From: Acaryochloridaceae cyanobacterium VAR_48_metabat_390
GTDB lineage: Bacteria > Cyanobacteriota > Cyanobacteriia > Thermosynechococcales > Thermosynechococcaceae
Direction of reading: 5' to 3'
Assembly: GCA_031422435.1 (NCBI GenBank)
Contig: JANPLU010000112.1
Location: forward strand, 52,481-116,480
Length of the DNA: 64,000 bases
Shown here piece after piece: positions 41,555 to 52,177 of the stretch. Both the position numbers and the translations under genes were made by a program. The notes under the pieces are model-generated. The model did not search any database, was not told the DNA's origin, and was given only the letters and a program-made list of their open reading frames with translations. Numbering within the stretch: the stretch's first letter is position 1; each line of letters opens with the position of its first letter.

Positions 41555-42328
41555 TTAGAACATATCGGGATTATCAAGCTGGGCTTGGTCAAGATTTGTC
41601 ATTTCCCAGTCAACTCCCACCAGCTTTGCGTGCCGTAAGCTGCTTCGAGATAAATTTGCGCCGCGAAAGCGAGTGTGGATGAGCGCTGCGCCCTGTAGGT
41701 TTGCTCGATACAAGTTCGCCCAGGCAAAATTAGTTGCGGATAAATCAGCTTCAATGAATGTTGTGTTAACTAGATAGGCTCGGCATAAATTGGCTTCTCG
41801 TAGGCTTGCTTGGCTTAAATCAGCCCCATACATCTGAGCGCTAATGAGAATGGCACGATATAAGGTGCTGTAACAAAGTACGGCTCTACATAAATTGGCT
41901 TCGGTTAAGTCGGCATTGCTAAGGTTGCTGCGGCTCATCTGCACACCATCTAGGTTAGCCTGCCTCAGATTTGCATTCCGAAAGTTAGTACCAATGAGGT
42001 TCGCCTTATGCAGATCTGCCTGTACAAGATGGGCTTCTTGTAGGTTAGCGCCAATCAGATTGGCATGGGTGAAGTCTGCCTTCTTGAGCATTGCGCCGGA
42101 TAGATTGGCGATCGCCAAGTTAGCCCCCTCGCAATTCGCCTCCTGAAGATTCGCCCTTACCAGATTGGCATTGCTTAGAATTGCGCCTTTAAAGTTAGCC
42201 TGACTGAGATTAACCTCGGCTAAATCAGCATGGCTGAGGTCTGGGGCGAGGTGAGGATGCTGCGATCGCCAGTGGTTCCAACGCCAAACGCCTGAATGCA
42301 GCGTTTTTAGATGGTCTAAATTCGCCAT
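41555..42328 (-). CDS. Pentapeptide repeat protein
   Basis: WNHWR N-terminus followed by tandem A(N/D)Lxx repeats. Confidence 0.92.
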   Translation of the reverse strand: MANLDHLKTLHSGVWRWNHWRSQHPHLAPDLSHADLAEVNLSQANFKGAILSNANLVRANLQEANCEGANLAIANLSGAMLKKADFTHANLIGANLQEAHLVQADLHKANLIGTNFRNANLRQANLDGVQMSRSNLSNADLTEANLCRAVLCYSTLYRAILISAQMYGADLSQASLREANLCRAYLVNTTFIEADLSATNFAWANLYRANLQGAALIHTRFRGANLSRSSLRHAKLVGVDWEMTNLDQAQLDNPDMF

Positions 42329-42981
42329 TATTCTTTTGCTTGCCTGGGCTGAATCAGATCGGGGTGTGCCCGTCCTGGCGTATTTTCCATCGCGCTTACG
42401 ACAGCTCTCATCGCCGCCATAATGTCCTGCTCTGCTCCACCGAGATAGAGCCGACCGAAGGAGCCAACGGCCTGCACTTCCAAAATATTAATAAACGCCG
42501 CTTTTTCTGCCTCATTGGCAGCAAGGGCAGAATAGGCCGCAGGCTGCACTTCCATCACATAGAGCGACTGTCCTGCCAAGAGCATCTGCCCTCTTGCCAT
42601 GCGGTTAATAAGCTGGGCTTGGTGGGCGTCAATATTGCGAATCACCTGACTCGAAACCACGTTGGGCTTCAGGCAATCTTGCCGCTGTACGCCCAGAGCC
42701 TCTAGGATGGCGCGGGAGGCGGCTTGCACATCGGCTTGGCTGCTGGCGTGAACCTCCATGAGTCCAAACAAGCGCTCTACAAACTGAACTGCGGGTCGAA
42801 CCGCTGCGGATTTTAAAGCCACATCCATGATGCGGTTGATTTCAATACCAGGAGAAATTTCAATCCAGAGAGACGTATCTCCTGGCAATGGCAAAAAGCC
42901 AGAGGCGACGGTTCCCATGTAGGCGGCATGTTGCGGTTGCAGGCTATCTAAGTAAACGTAGCTTCGTAATTCAATGCCCAA
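42328..42981 (-). CDS. ccmP: Tandem BMC-domain carboxysome shell protein (CcmP/CsoS1D type)
   Basis: [29 protein letters not shown] and [10 protein letters not shown] motifs. TTG start at 42981 after a GAGGGAG RBS is inferred. Confidence 0.88.
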   Translation of the reverse strand: MGIELRSYVYLDSLQPQHAAYMGTVASGFLPLPGDTSLWIEISPGIEINRIMDVALKSAAVRPAVQFVERLFGLMEVHASSQADVQAASRAILEALGVQRQDCLKPNVVSSQVIRNIDAHQAQLINRMARGQMLLAGQSLYVMEVQPAAYSALAANEAEKAAFINILEVQAVGSFGRLYLGGAEQDIMAAMRAVVSAMENTPGRAHPDLIQPRQAKE

Positions 42982-43184
42982 ATGTCGTTCTCCCTCGCGC
43001 CACACATTACAGCCTGCAACCATTGAGTTTACCCTGTGGCTGTACCCCGATGCGACTGTTTTGGAGCTTATTATGTAGCGACGAAGGGCGTTACACCCGC
43101 CTAAAACGTGAGACTTTCTTGTTTAAGAAAGATGCGCTAAAACGCTTTGAGAGGGGAGTCTCATGCTAGATTACTGAAGCTTAA

Positions 43185-43320
43185 CGTCGGGAAAGTCCGG
43201 TGAAAGTCCGGCGCTGTGCCGCAACTGTAAGGGAATTATTCCTAAGTCAGAATGCCGATGAAGAGGGCGTTGCTTAAATGCCATTCATTATTTTCTATTC
43301 TCTGCGCCGCACAGGGAAGG
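43185..43320 (+). ncRNA. Cobalamin riboswitch
   Basis: GGGAAAGTCCGGTGAAAGTCCGGCGCTGTGCCGCAACTGTAA...AAGTCAGAATGCC (B12 box) upstream of cobG. Confidence 0.9.
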
Positions 43321-43328
43321 AGCCTTAA

Positions 43329-44786
43329 TTGTTTTCTGACGTTACTATCCCTACCACCTGTCCAGGTTTGTTTTGCCCTACGCCTGCCCAGGATGGCATC
43401 TTGTCTCGCATTCGGATCCCTGGCGGTCTTTTGAATGGTCAACAGTGTGAGGCGATCGCCACCCTCGCTACCCAGTTCTGCAACGGCTTTGTCCAAGTTA
43501 CTAACCGCGCTAACCTCCAACTCCGAGGGCTTCAGGCAGGTTTGCCGATTGAAGCGCTGCAACTGCTGCAATCAGTTGGCTTAGCTGCGCCTATTCCGGC
43601 AGTAGACGCGATTCGTAATATTATGAGCAGCCCTACGGCAGGGATTGATGAGAGGGCGCTTCTAGATACGCGCCCACTGGTGCAGGATTGGAACCGTACC
43701 CTCATCAGTCGCCCTGATTTTGCTATTCTTTCGCCTAAGTTCAGCGTTTGTTTTGATGGGGGGGAGCGCGTTTGTGTGGGCGATCGCCCCAACGACATCA
43801 CCCTAGCGGCATTCGAGCGGGAGGGCAGCATTCGTTTTAGGCTGTTTTTAAGTATGGGGGAACGGGGGGATGCCCCTCAAGATATTGGGGTCAGCGTGAA
43901 GGTAGCGGAGGCGATCGCCCTCCTCACCGCCCTAGCTGAAGTTTACCAAGACTATACCGCTCAACAATCTAGTAGCGCGAAAAAGCCGCGTTTAAGAGAC
44001 TTACTCAAAGATTGGGGCATAGAGCGCTACCTTACCGCCGTTATCCAAGAAGCTGGATTTTCCCTGATTTCAGAAGTGGAAAATCTGCCTCAAAAGCCCT
44101 CTCTCCCCTACGCCCATTTGGGAATTCACTCACAGCAGCAAACAGGACTAGCCTACATTGGGATTAGTCTGCCCTTGGGTCAGCTCCAAACCCAGCAGCT
44201 ACGAGGATTGGCTTCTCTCTCTACTCAGTACGGGAATGGCACTCTATGTTTAACGCCCTGGCAGACAGTGATCTTGTCTAATATCCCTTTCTTGCAGATT
44301 GCCAAAGTACAGCAGCGGATCGAAAACTTAAATCTCAAAACTGACGCAACGCATCCGAGTGGCGCAATGGTGGCCTGTTCTGGGACGACGGGCTGTAAGG
44401 CTGCGATGACGGATACTCAGCACCATGCTCAGGTCATGACTGCCCATCTAGAGCGATGTATCGCCCTAGATACCCCTCTCAATATTCACTTTAGCGGCTG
44501 CGAAAAGTCCTGCGCCCAGCACCAATCAGGTGATATTACGCTAGTGGGCACTGAGCAACAGGGGGCTGAAGCGTACCAGGTCTATGTCGGAAACGATGGC
44601 TCTAAATTTGGTCGGGCGCTCTATCGCCTGAGTGATACAAACTCGCTACCCCAGCAAATTGAGGCTATGGTTCGCGCTTACCAACAGCATCGGCAGAGTT
44701 TGCAAGAATCTTTTGGAGACTTTTTGAATCGCCATGCGATCGCCGAACTCCAGCAGCTCTTCGACGCGGCACTCAAACAGCCATGA
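43329..44786 (+). CDS. cobG: Precorrin-3B synthase
   Basis: CPGLF, DGILSRIRIPGG, TNRANLQLRG, ACSGTTGC and HFSGCEKSCA motifs; precedes cobH. Confidence 0.92.
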   Translation: MFSDVTIPTTCPGLFCPTPAQDGILSRIRIPGGLLNGQQCEAIATLATQFCNGFVQVTNRANLQLRGLQAGLPIEALQLLQSVGLAAPIPAVDAIRNIMSSPTAGIDERALLDTRPLVQDWNRTLISRPDFAILSPKFSVCFDGGERVCVGDRPNDITLAAFEREGSIRFRLFLSMGERGDAPQDIGVSVKVAEAIALLTALAEVYQDYTAQQSSSAKKPRLRDLLKDWGIERYLTAVIQEAGFSLISEVENLPQKPSLPYAHLGIHSQQQTGLAYIGISLPLGQLQTQQLRGLASLSTQYGNGTLCLTPWQTVILSNIPFLQIAKVQQRIENLNLKTDATHPSGAMVACSGTTGCKAAMTDTQHHAQVMTAHLERCIALDTPLNIHFSGCEKSCAQHQSGDITLVGTEQQGAEAYQVYVGNDGSKFGRALYRLSDTNSLPQQIEAMVRAYQQHRQSLQESFGDFLNRHAIAELQQLFDAALKQP

Positions 44787-45412
44787 TGGACTACATCCGA
44801 GATGGCAACGCCATTTATCAAAAATCCTTCGCCACCATTCGCGCAGAGGCAAACTTAGCGCTTCTACCTGAAGATTTAGAAACCGTTGCGGTGCGCCTCA
44901 TTCACGCCTGTGGCATGATCGATATTGTAAAAGACCTTGCTTATTCTGCTGAAGCAGCGGCAATCGGACGCAAAGCCCTTGCCCAAGGTGCCCCAATTTT
45001 GTGTGATGCTCAGATGGTAGCAAACGGCGTAACGCGCAAACGCTTGCCGGTTCACAACGACGTGATTTGTACCCTCAACGACCCTGACGTGCCTGCCCTC
45101 GCCCAAACCCTCCAAAACACACGCTCAGCCGCCGCCCTAGAGCGATGGCGACCCTGGCTAGAAGGCGCAGTAGTGGCGATCGGCAATGCCCCAACCGCTC
45201 TATTCCGGCTTTTAGAAATGCTGGAGGCTGGCGCACCCAAACCTGCGCTAATTCTAGGGTTTCCGGTGGGATTTGTGGGGGCGATCGAATCTAAAGCAGC
45301 TTTAGCTGAAATCCCTCACGGCATCCCGTTTATTACCCTTCACGGACGACGGGGGGGCAGTGCAATGGCAGCCGCAGCCGTGAATGCGTTAGCTCAGGAG
45401 CAGGAAATATGA
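44783..45412 (+). CDS. cobH: Precorrin-8X methylmutase
   Basis: RLIHACG, AIGNAPTAL, PVGFVGAIESK and GRRGGS motifs. Confidence 0.96.
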   Translation: MMDYIRDGNAIYQKSFATIRAEANLALLPEDLETVAVRLIHACGMIDIVKDLAYSAEAAAIGRKALAQGAPILCDAQMVANGVTRKRLPVHNDVICTLNDPDVPALAQTLQNTRSAAALERWRPWLEGAVVAIGNAPTALFRLLEMLEAGAPKPALILGFPVGFVGAIESKAALAEIPHGIPFITLHGRRGGSAMAAAAVNALAQEQEI

Positions 45413-46119
45413 CTCAGGCATCACAAGGACGACTCTACGGCTTGGGCATTGGCCCTGGCGACCCTGAGCTACTGACCTTAAAAGCCCACCGCATTCTAAC
45501 CTCAGTACCCGTCATTGCCTACCCCACAATGGAAAGTGGCAAGGTATTGGCACGAGCAATTGTGGCAAGCTTTATTCGACCTGAGCAGATTGAGCTACCC
45601 ATGCCCCTACCCTTCAGCGTCGAGCGATCCTCCCAGCCCTATTACGACCAATCTGCCAAACACATTGCCCAACACCTCCGCGAAGGGCGTGATGTGGCGG
45701 TGCTGTGCGAAGGCGACCCTATGCTGTACGGGTCGTTTATGTACATTTTTAACCGTTTGGCAGACCGCTTTGATACCGAAGTGGTGCCAGGGATTTCTTC
45801 AACCTTTGCCAGCGCCGCCATGCTGGGTGCCCCACTCACCTACCGCAACGACGTGCTGAGCATTATGCCTGCCACGCTAGATGCAGAGACATTGCGCGAT
45901 CGCCTTGCTGTAGCCGATGCCGCCATCATTATCAAGTTAGGCCGACATTTTGCTAAGGTAAAAGCCGTATTGCAAGAACTCGATCTCTTTGAGCGCGCCC
46001 TTTATATTGAGCGCGCCACCATGCCCAATCAGCAGATTCGTCCCATTGCTGAGGTTGCCCCAGAAGAAGTGTCGTACTGGGCGCTGATTTTAATCCCCAG
46101 TCAAACACGACCCCAGTGA
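45409..46119 (+). CDS. cobI: Precorrin-2 C20-methyltransferase
   Basis: GIGPGDPELLTLKA, CEGDPMLYGSF and VVPGISS motifs. Confidence 0.94.
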   Translation: MTQASQGRLYGLGIGPGDPELLTLKAHRILTSVPVIAYPTMESGKVLARAIVASFIRPEQIELPMPLPFSVERSSQPYYDQSAKHIAQHLREGRDVAVLCEGDPMLYGSFMYIFNRLADRFDTEVVPGISSTFASAAMLGAPLTYRNDVLSIMPATLDAETLRDRLAVADAAIIIKLGRHFAKVKAVLQELDLFERALYIERATMPNQQIRPIAEVAPEEVSYWALILIPSQTRPQ

Positions 46120-46149
46120 TCGTTTTGCAGAATCCTTAGGTCTGGCGCA

Positions 46150-47370
46150 ATGAATCAGCCCATTCTCGATTTACTGCTGGTCATGGCCTTGGGCTTTCTG
46201 GGCAGTTTTGGGCACTGCGTTGGCATGTGCGGTCCTTTGGCGGTCGCGCTGTCTCTCAGCGAAGCTCAGCCTGAGACAAAGACCGTTGGGCGATCGCTCT
46301 TCTTCCACAGCCTTCTCAATCTAGGCCGAATCACCAGCTACGCCTTAGTCGGCGCAGGGATCGGTGCCCTCGGCTCAGTGCTGGTAGCTGGAGGGCAGTT
46401 CGCGGGGATTGACAGTGCCCTGCGCCAAGGCATCACCCTTTTAACGGGCATTCTGCTGATCTGGATGGGGCTAGCCCAAGTTGCACCCGCTTGGCTGCCT
46501 AAACTGCCGCTCCTTCATCCGCTGCAAGGCAAACTACACCAGCGGCTGAATGCTCTCCTCATGAGTGCCTCTGCAACATCCCATCGGCTTACGCCGTTTT
46601 CGCTCGGGCTAACGTGGGGGCTAATTCCCTGTGGTTTTTTGTATGCGGCTCAAATCAAAGCGGCGGCGGCGGGTTCGCTGTGGAGTGGAGCGACCACGAT
46701 GCTGGCCTTTGGGGTGGGGACGCTCCCTTCAATGGTCGGCATTGGCCTTTCTGCCACCTGGATGAGCGCAGATCGTCGAGGACAGCTTTTTCGGATGGGG
46801 GGCTGGGTGATGCTCGCTATTGGCATCCTGACCTTACTCCGCACCAGCGAGATGGTGGACTATACGGGTCACGCTGCTCTCCTCCTTTTGATGCTGGCGC
46901 TGGTGGCTCGGCCTTTGAGTCAGCAACTACCGTGGCTGTTGCGCTATCGGCGAGTGCTGGGCGTGGGGGCGTTTGGGTTGGCGATCGCCCACACCGCCCA
47001 CATGCTAGATCACACCTTTGCATGGCGCATCGACGCAGTTCCCTTTTTGATGCCGCTTCAGCAAGTCGGCATGGGGTCAGGAATGGTTGCCCTTGCCTGT
47101 CTACTGCCGCTGGCGCTCACCAGCTTTGACCGCTTCATAGCGCAAAAATGGTGGCGCTGGGTGCATGGGCTAGCGGTTCCTGCATTGGTGTTGGCGGTCA
47201 TCCATACCATTCTGATGGGGTCACGCTATCTGGGGAATTTGGAATGGATGCCTACTAATAAATTTCAAACGGGGATTCTGCTGACGGTGACACTGGGCAT
47301 TTTCTTACTGCGATCGCACTGGTTTGGAGCAGTGTTATCTAGCGGCAGACAGGATGACTCAGCGTCGTAA
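46150..47370 (+). CDS. DsbD_2/UreH-like (TauE/SafE) membrane protein fused to a ferric-reductase-like TM domain
   Basis: GHCVGMCG and LIPCGFLY motifs; second domain RRVLGV...AHTAH...LALTS...WRWVH...IH. Confidence 0.8.
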   Translation: MNQPILDLLLVMALGFLGSFGHCVGMCGPLAVALSLSEAQPETKTVGRSLFFHSLLNLGRITSYALVGAGIGALGSVLVAGGQFAGIDSALRQGITLLTGILLIWMGLAQVAPAWLPKLPLLHPLQGKLHQRLNALLMSASATSHRLTPFSLGLTWGLIPCGFLYAAQIKAAAAGSLWSGATTMLAFGVGTLPSMVGIGLSATWMSADRRGQLFRMGGWVMLAIGILTLLRTSEMVDYTGHAALLLLMLALVARPLSQQLPWLLRYRRVLGVGAFGLAIAHTAHMLDHTFAWRIDAVPFLMPLQQVGMGSGMVALACLLPLALTSFDRFIAQKWWRWVHGLAVPALVLAVIHTILMGSRYLGNLEWMPTNKFQTGILLTVTLGIFLLRSHWFGAVLSSGRQDDSAS

Positions 47371-47572
47371 GCAGCAGTGCAGACTGGAACCATAGGCCAA
47401 TCTTCTATTGGTGTCAATATTGCCACGCCAAGAGAAGGAAAAAAGCTCAAAATGCGTCTGAATGGCGTTAGGCAATGCACCGCTTCTCTACGCTTTCCAT
47501 CAATGGGATGATAGGCTGCTACTGGCATCTGATTGCCTGCCCTGACGTTTACTCCGCCATTGCGTAACCCCT

Positions 47573-49234
47573 ATGACTGAGGTGCTGCTTTCTATCGACC
47601 ACTTGAGGGTGGCCTATCCCCGCCACTCTGGTAACGGTTCCCGTGAGGATGAATGGGCGGTAGACGATGTTTCTTTGGCGCTCAAGGCCGGAGAATGCAT
47701 TGGCCTCGTGGGGGAATCGGGGTGTGGTAAGTCTACGATGGGTCGGGCGCTGCTGCGGCTGCTGCCGCCGGAAAGTACGGTAGAAGGGCACGTTGATTTT
47801 TTGGGGCAGTCCGTTTTAGATTTATCGCCCCAAGCGCTACGCAAGTTTAGAGGGGAGTGCATTGGTCTGGTCTTTCAAGACCCCATGACGCGGCTCAACC
47901 CGCTCATGACCATTAAAGATCACTGCCTAGAAACCCTCAAAGTACATAAGCCCAATCTCTCTGCTAAAGAAGCCAAAGAGCAGGTGCTGGCAGCACTTGC
48001 CTCGGTCAATATCCCAGCAGATCGGTGGGCGCAATATCCCCATGAGTTTAGCGGCGGAATGCGGCAGCGGGTGGCGATCGCCCTGACCCTTCTCTTAGAA
48101 CCCAAGCTCATCGTGGCGGATGAACCCACTACCAGCTTAGACGTGACGGTTTCGGCTCAGATTTTGAAGGAACTCACGCGTCTATGCAAAGCGCAGCAGA
48201 TGGGGCTAATCTTGATTTCCCATGATTTGGCGCTGGTGAGTGAACACTGCGATCGCGTGGCGGTAATGTACCAGGGCAAAATAGTAGAGATTGGCTCAGC
48301 AGAGCAAATTTTGCAGTCGCCGACCCATCCCTATACCCAGTCTCTGCTCAAGGCCGCTCTGCACCTGCAAACCGAAGCCGTGGCTGAACCTGAGCCGAAA
48401 GTTGAGGGTTTAGATCACAACGTCTTACTCAAGTTAGAGAATCTACAGCAGCATTATGATCTCGGCTCCAGCTTTATTTCGCGCCTGCTCTCTAAAGACT
48501 CTAGCCGCGTTATTAAAGCGGTGGATGATATTAACCTAGAGATTTTTGCCGGAGAAACCCTCGGGCTAGTAGGCGAATCTGGCTGTGGCAAAAGCACCCT
48601 ATCGCGCACTATTTTGCGTCTTGTGCGCCCCACAGGAGGGCGAGTTCTGTTCAAAAATATCGATCTCGCGCCCTTGAGCCAGCCCCAAATGCGAGCCTAC
48701 CGCCGCGAGCTGCAAATGATTTTCCAAGACCCTAGAGCCTGCCTCAACCCCATGATGAAGGTGGGGCAAAGCATTGCTGAGCCATTGTTGATTCATAAAT
48801 TAGCGACCCCCAAAGAAGCTGAAGCCCAGGCAAAAAAGCTGTTTGAGCGGGTAGGGCTTACCCCTGCCGATGACTACTACCACCGCTACCCCAGCGACTT
48901 GTCCGGTGGTCAGCTCCAGCGCATTGCGATCGCCCGTGCCCTTATCACCCATCCCAAACTCATCATCTGCGATGAGCCAGTGAGTATGCTCGATGCCAGC
49001 ATTCAGGCGCAGGTGCTAGATCTGATGCAGGATCTCAAGGATGAATTTGACCTGACCTATCTGTTTATTACCCATGATTTATGGGTTGCACGGTTTTTCT
49101 GCGATCGCATTGCGGTCATGCATAAAGGCCAGATCGTCGAAATTGGCGAAACGGAGTCAATCTTTCGAGATCCGCAGCATCCCTATACCCAAACCCTCTT
49201 GAGCGCTGCGCCACTCTTAGCCAGATTGAAGTAA
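47573..49234 (+). CDS. Peptide/nickel-type ABC transporter, fused double ATPase
   Basis: Two GESGCGKST Walker A motifs; FSGGMRQR and LSGGQLQR signatures. Confidence 0.93.
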   Translation: MTEVLLSIDHLRVAYPRHSGNGSREDEWAVDDVSLALKAGECIGLVGESGCGKSTMGRALLRLLPPESTVEGHVDFLGQSVLDLSPQALRKFRGECIGLVFQDPMTRLNPLMTIKDHCLETLKVHKPNLSAKEAKEQVLAALASVNIPADRWAQYPHEFSGGMRQRVAIALTLLLEPKLIVADEPTTSLDVTVSAQILKELTRLCKAQQMGLILISHDLALVSEHCDRVAVMYQGKIVEIGSAEQILQSPTHPYTQSLLKAALHLQTEAVAEPEPKVEGLDHNVLLKLENLQQHYDLGSSFISRLLSKDSSRVIKAVDDINLEIFAGETLGLVGESGCGKSTLSRTILRLVRPTGGRVLFKNIDLAPLSQPQMRAYRRELQMIFQDPRACLNPMMKVGQSIAEPLLIHKLATPKEAEAQAKKLFERVGLTPADDYYHRYPSDLSGGQLQRIAIARALITHPKLIICDEPVSMLDASIQAQVLDLMQDLKDEFDLTYLFITHDLWVARFFCDRIAVMHKGQIVEIGETESIFRDPQHPYTQTLLSAAPLLARLK

Positions 49235-49332
49235 ACACAATATACTCTGACGAAAAAATATTTGATCTCTAACGCTAGATTTAGATGTCAGCGGTTCCAT
49301 ACTAAGAAAAAATAGGTGGGCCTTGATTTCCC

Positions 49333-50262
49333 ATGATCTTAGATACTGCTCCCCAGCTCATTGTTCAAGTCGCTTCTAGCGATACGCGACGCTTTCAACT
49401 TCTAGAACATACAGAGTGGACTGTAGGCCGCGATCGCGCCAACTTAATTCAAATTTTTGACCGATATGCGTCCCGCTTTCATGGAGTAGTGGGCGTATTT
49501 GAAGACCGTCACGTTTATTTTCGGGATCTGCATAGCCGCAATGGCACTTTAATGGACGGACAGCCCGTTACAGAACCTGTACTGCTCAAACATGGCGATC
49601 GCATCACCATTGGCAACACGGCACTGATGCTGAAGCATAGCTACGTCACAACCGTTCACTCGGCCTCGCCATCTGCCCGAAAACAGGCGTTGATGATCCA
49701 TGCTTCAGCCATTCAGGGCAAAATCTGGCAAGAAATATTACTGTCTCAGGCTATAGACGTGCTTTGGGAAGTCCCAGGCGCTCAGCTACAGCAAATTATT
49801 GGTCTACAGGCCACGGCTAATCTACTGCCGCCACTGCTGATTATAGATATTCAATCCGTCAAAGAAGATATTTATGGATTGTGCCACTGGTGCCGCCAGC
49901 AGGGATTATCAGTGCAGATTTTGCTCATCGACAGCAGCCGATCTGATATTCCCGACTCAGAACAAGCCTATATTGACAAGCTAGGCTTTTTAAGCCTTTT
50001 TCCGGCCTTGCCCGCTGGTCAACTGTCCACCCTGCGCCTACGCATCTTTGAGATGACCCTCAGCCTTTTGACGGTATTTCAGGAGCATACTCTCAACCGA
50101 GATCCGCTCTCCTGTGCCCTCCAAACGTTAGATCAGCTTTTCAGTCAGGCTCCTATGATCATTTCTAAAACCAGACAGGCTGAGCTAGATGCAATGAATT
50201 CTGAAGACTTAACTTCCCTCAAGGTTGACCCTCGAAAAGTAGGCAGAAGCCAACCACGCTAA
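49333..50262 (+). CDS. FHA domain protein
   Basis: VGR...ASRFHG...DLHSRNGT FHA motifs. Confidence 0.85.
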   Translation: MILDTAPQLIVQVASSDTRRFQLLEHTEWTVGRDRANLIQIFDRYASRFHGVVGVFEDRHVYFRDLHSRNGTLMDGQPVTEPVLLKHGDRITIGNTALMLKHSYVTTVHSASPSARKQALMIHASAIQGKIWQEILLSQAIDVLWEVPGAQLQQIIGLQATANLLPPLLIIDIQSVKEDIYGLCHWCRQQGLSVQILLIDSSRSDIPDSEQAYIDKLGFLSLFPALPAGQLSTLRLRIFEMTLSLLTVFQEHTLNRDPLSCALQTLDQLFSQAPMIISKTRQAELDAMNSEDLTSLKVDPRKVGRSQPR

Positions 50263-50330
50263 GCCTATGCATTAACACGCCCACTTAAAATTGACAGATT
50301 ATCGAAAAGATAGACCTAAGATTTGCTACG

Positions 50331-50912
50331 ATGAACGCCATTGTGCCGCTTAAAGTAAGGTTCAATCATTCGCTAGAGGTTTCTGTGACATCTCTCACCC
50401 GCCGCTCGGCTCAAGCCCGATGGATGAATGGAGGCGCGATCGCCATTTTGGTCGCGGCGTTACTCTATCTTTGCTTTTGGCCTGGGCCAGAAGGGTTGCC
50501 GCTTATTAAGGTGGGCATTCCACAGCGCAATGTTGTCTTAGAAACCAGTATTTCCGGCATCAGCGACACTGATATTTCAGGCACCTTTCGTCTGGGCGAT
50601 AAGGTAGCAGTCTCGATCAAAAACTCAGCGTTGCTGCCCCTTACGCTTAAGTCAGTAGAAAGGATTCCTACCACGGTTGTTGCTACCCAGTCAGATGGAT
50701 CGGTGAAGCCCCAGCCAGAACCTAGACCAGAAATGCGGTTTGGGTCTAATTTATTGCTGAAGCTTGAGGGCAAAGGCTACTCTACCGAAAGCGGTCTGTT
50801 TCTGGGACTCAAGCGGATTCGAGTTGGCTCTACTATTAAAATTCATGGGGCAACGTTTGAATCCTCTGCCAGCATTGTGGATGTGGTAGTCACTCCAGCA
50901 TCCAAGGGTTAA
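50331..50912 (+). CDS. DUF4330-like protein
   Basis: N-terminal TM; TQSDGSVK...PRPE...RIRVG motifs. Confidence 0.65.
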   Translation: MNAIVPLKVRFNHSLEVSVTSLTRRSAQARWMNGGAIAILVAALLYLCFWPGPEGLPLIKVGIPQRNVVLETSISGISDTDISGTFRLGDKVAVSIKNSALLPLTLKSVERIPTTVVATQSDGSVKPQPEPRPEMRFGSNLLLKLEGKGYSTESGLFLGLKRIRVGSTIKIHGATFESSASIVDVVVTPASKG

Positions 50913-52099
50913 GGTGCGGCAGAATCTGGCTTCAGCTTTATCGGTAGATCTTGGTTAATTTGCTCAATGGCTTCCTGCTCAGCCGCATTAATATCGCCGA
51001 TATAGTGCTGAAACACTTGGTCAAAGCGCTGATGGTAAAAGCGATGCAGGCTATAGTTAGCCGTGGCAGGGAACCCCCGACGCTTTTTGTGCCGCCCCCC
51101 TGCACCAGGGTCAAAGCGCGTGATACCGTTGGCGATCGCCCATTCTATTGGGGTGTAGTAACACGCATCAAAGTGCAGGCAGTCAATATCGCGATCGCTG
51201 CCCCAGTAGCGACCATAAAGCTGATCGCCCTTGGTTAAGCAAAAGGACATGCCCACGGGCTGATGTGCTTGACCTTCGGCAAACGCCGCCACAAACATGA
51301 CCCGATGGGCGTACTTCGGATAAAGCTGTCGAAAAAACGGTGCAGTGAGGTACTTGCTGCCCCACATAAATTTTTCGCAGGTGTCGTTATAAAAACGATG
51401 CATCAGCCCAAATAAAGATTCAGGAATCTCTTCGCCCGTAAAGACTTTTAAGGTTAAGCCTGCTTCCCGCACCGCCTTGCGTTCTCGCTTAATGTTGCGG
51501 CGCTGGTTGGCATTGAAGGCGCTCAGGTAGCTGTCAAAGGTATCAAATTCGCCATTGTCCCAAATATAGCTATGGTGCAGCCAAGGCGTGTAGCCCCGCG
51601 CCTCAAGCTGAGCCTTCCACTGAGGGTCAGCGAACAAAAAGTGACAGCCCGAAATTCGGTTTCGCTCACAAAACCGATCAATGGCCTGCACCATCAAATC
51701 CGTCAGCAGCCCCTCGTCTTCGTTAGGGGCAATTAAAAAGCGATAGCCTTCAGCAGGAGTAAAGGGTACCATCCCCAACAGTTTAGGGTAGTAGTTAAGT
51801 CCGACACGACGGGCGACATCCGCCCATTCTTGGTCAAAGACAAACTCGCCATAGCTATGGCTTTTGATGTAGAGTGGCGCAGCAGCAATCAGGGTTTGCC
51901 CACGCCAAAGCGTAAGGTGATTCGGGAGCCAGCCCGTTTTAGCCGTTGCGCTACCGGATGTTTCAAGATTAGTCAGCCATTCCCATTCTAGAAAAGGCGT
52001 TTTGAGCGGTAGGGCTAAAGCATCCCATGCAGACTGCGGAATATCAACCAGCGCATTAATCCAAGTAATCTGATACTGAGGTTTGACCGCTTCTACCAT
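50909..52099 (-). CDS. GNAT/FemAB-like (DUF482) protein
   Basis: KSHSYGEFVFD, LYGRYWG, LHFDACYY and PGAGGRHKKRRGF motifs. Confidence 0.9.
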   Translation of the reverse strand: MVEAVKPQYQITWINALVDIPQSAWDALALPLKTPFLEWEWLTNLETSGSATAKTGWLPNHLTLWRGQTLIAAAPLYIKSHSYGEFVFDQEWADVARRVGLNYYPKLLGMVPFTPAEGYRFLIAPNEDEGLLTDLMVQAIDRFCERNRISGCHFLFADPQWKAQLEARGYTPWLHHSYIWDNGEFDTFDSYLSAFNANQRRNIKRERKAVREAGLTLKVFTGEEIPESLFGLMHRFYNDTCEKFMWGSKYLTAPFFRQLYPKYAHRVMFVAAFAEGQAHQPVGMSFCLTKGDQLYGRYWGSDRDIDCLHFDACYYTPIEWAIANGITRFDPGAGGRHKKRRGFPATANYSLHRFYHQRFDQVFQHYIGDINAAEQEAIEQINQDLPIKLKPDSAAP

Positions 52100-52177
52100 A
52101 AACCCTGTCGTGCGAAAGACTGTCTATAAGGTAGTGCATTTCAGGTTTTTATTCTGGGAACCAGTCTTCAAATAAGC

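Noticed and set aside
43242..43571. Small ORFs overlapping the riboswitch and cobG start, and other antisense ORFs inside long genes
   Set aside because: Shadow ORFs of well-supported genes.
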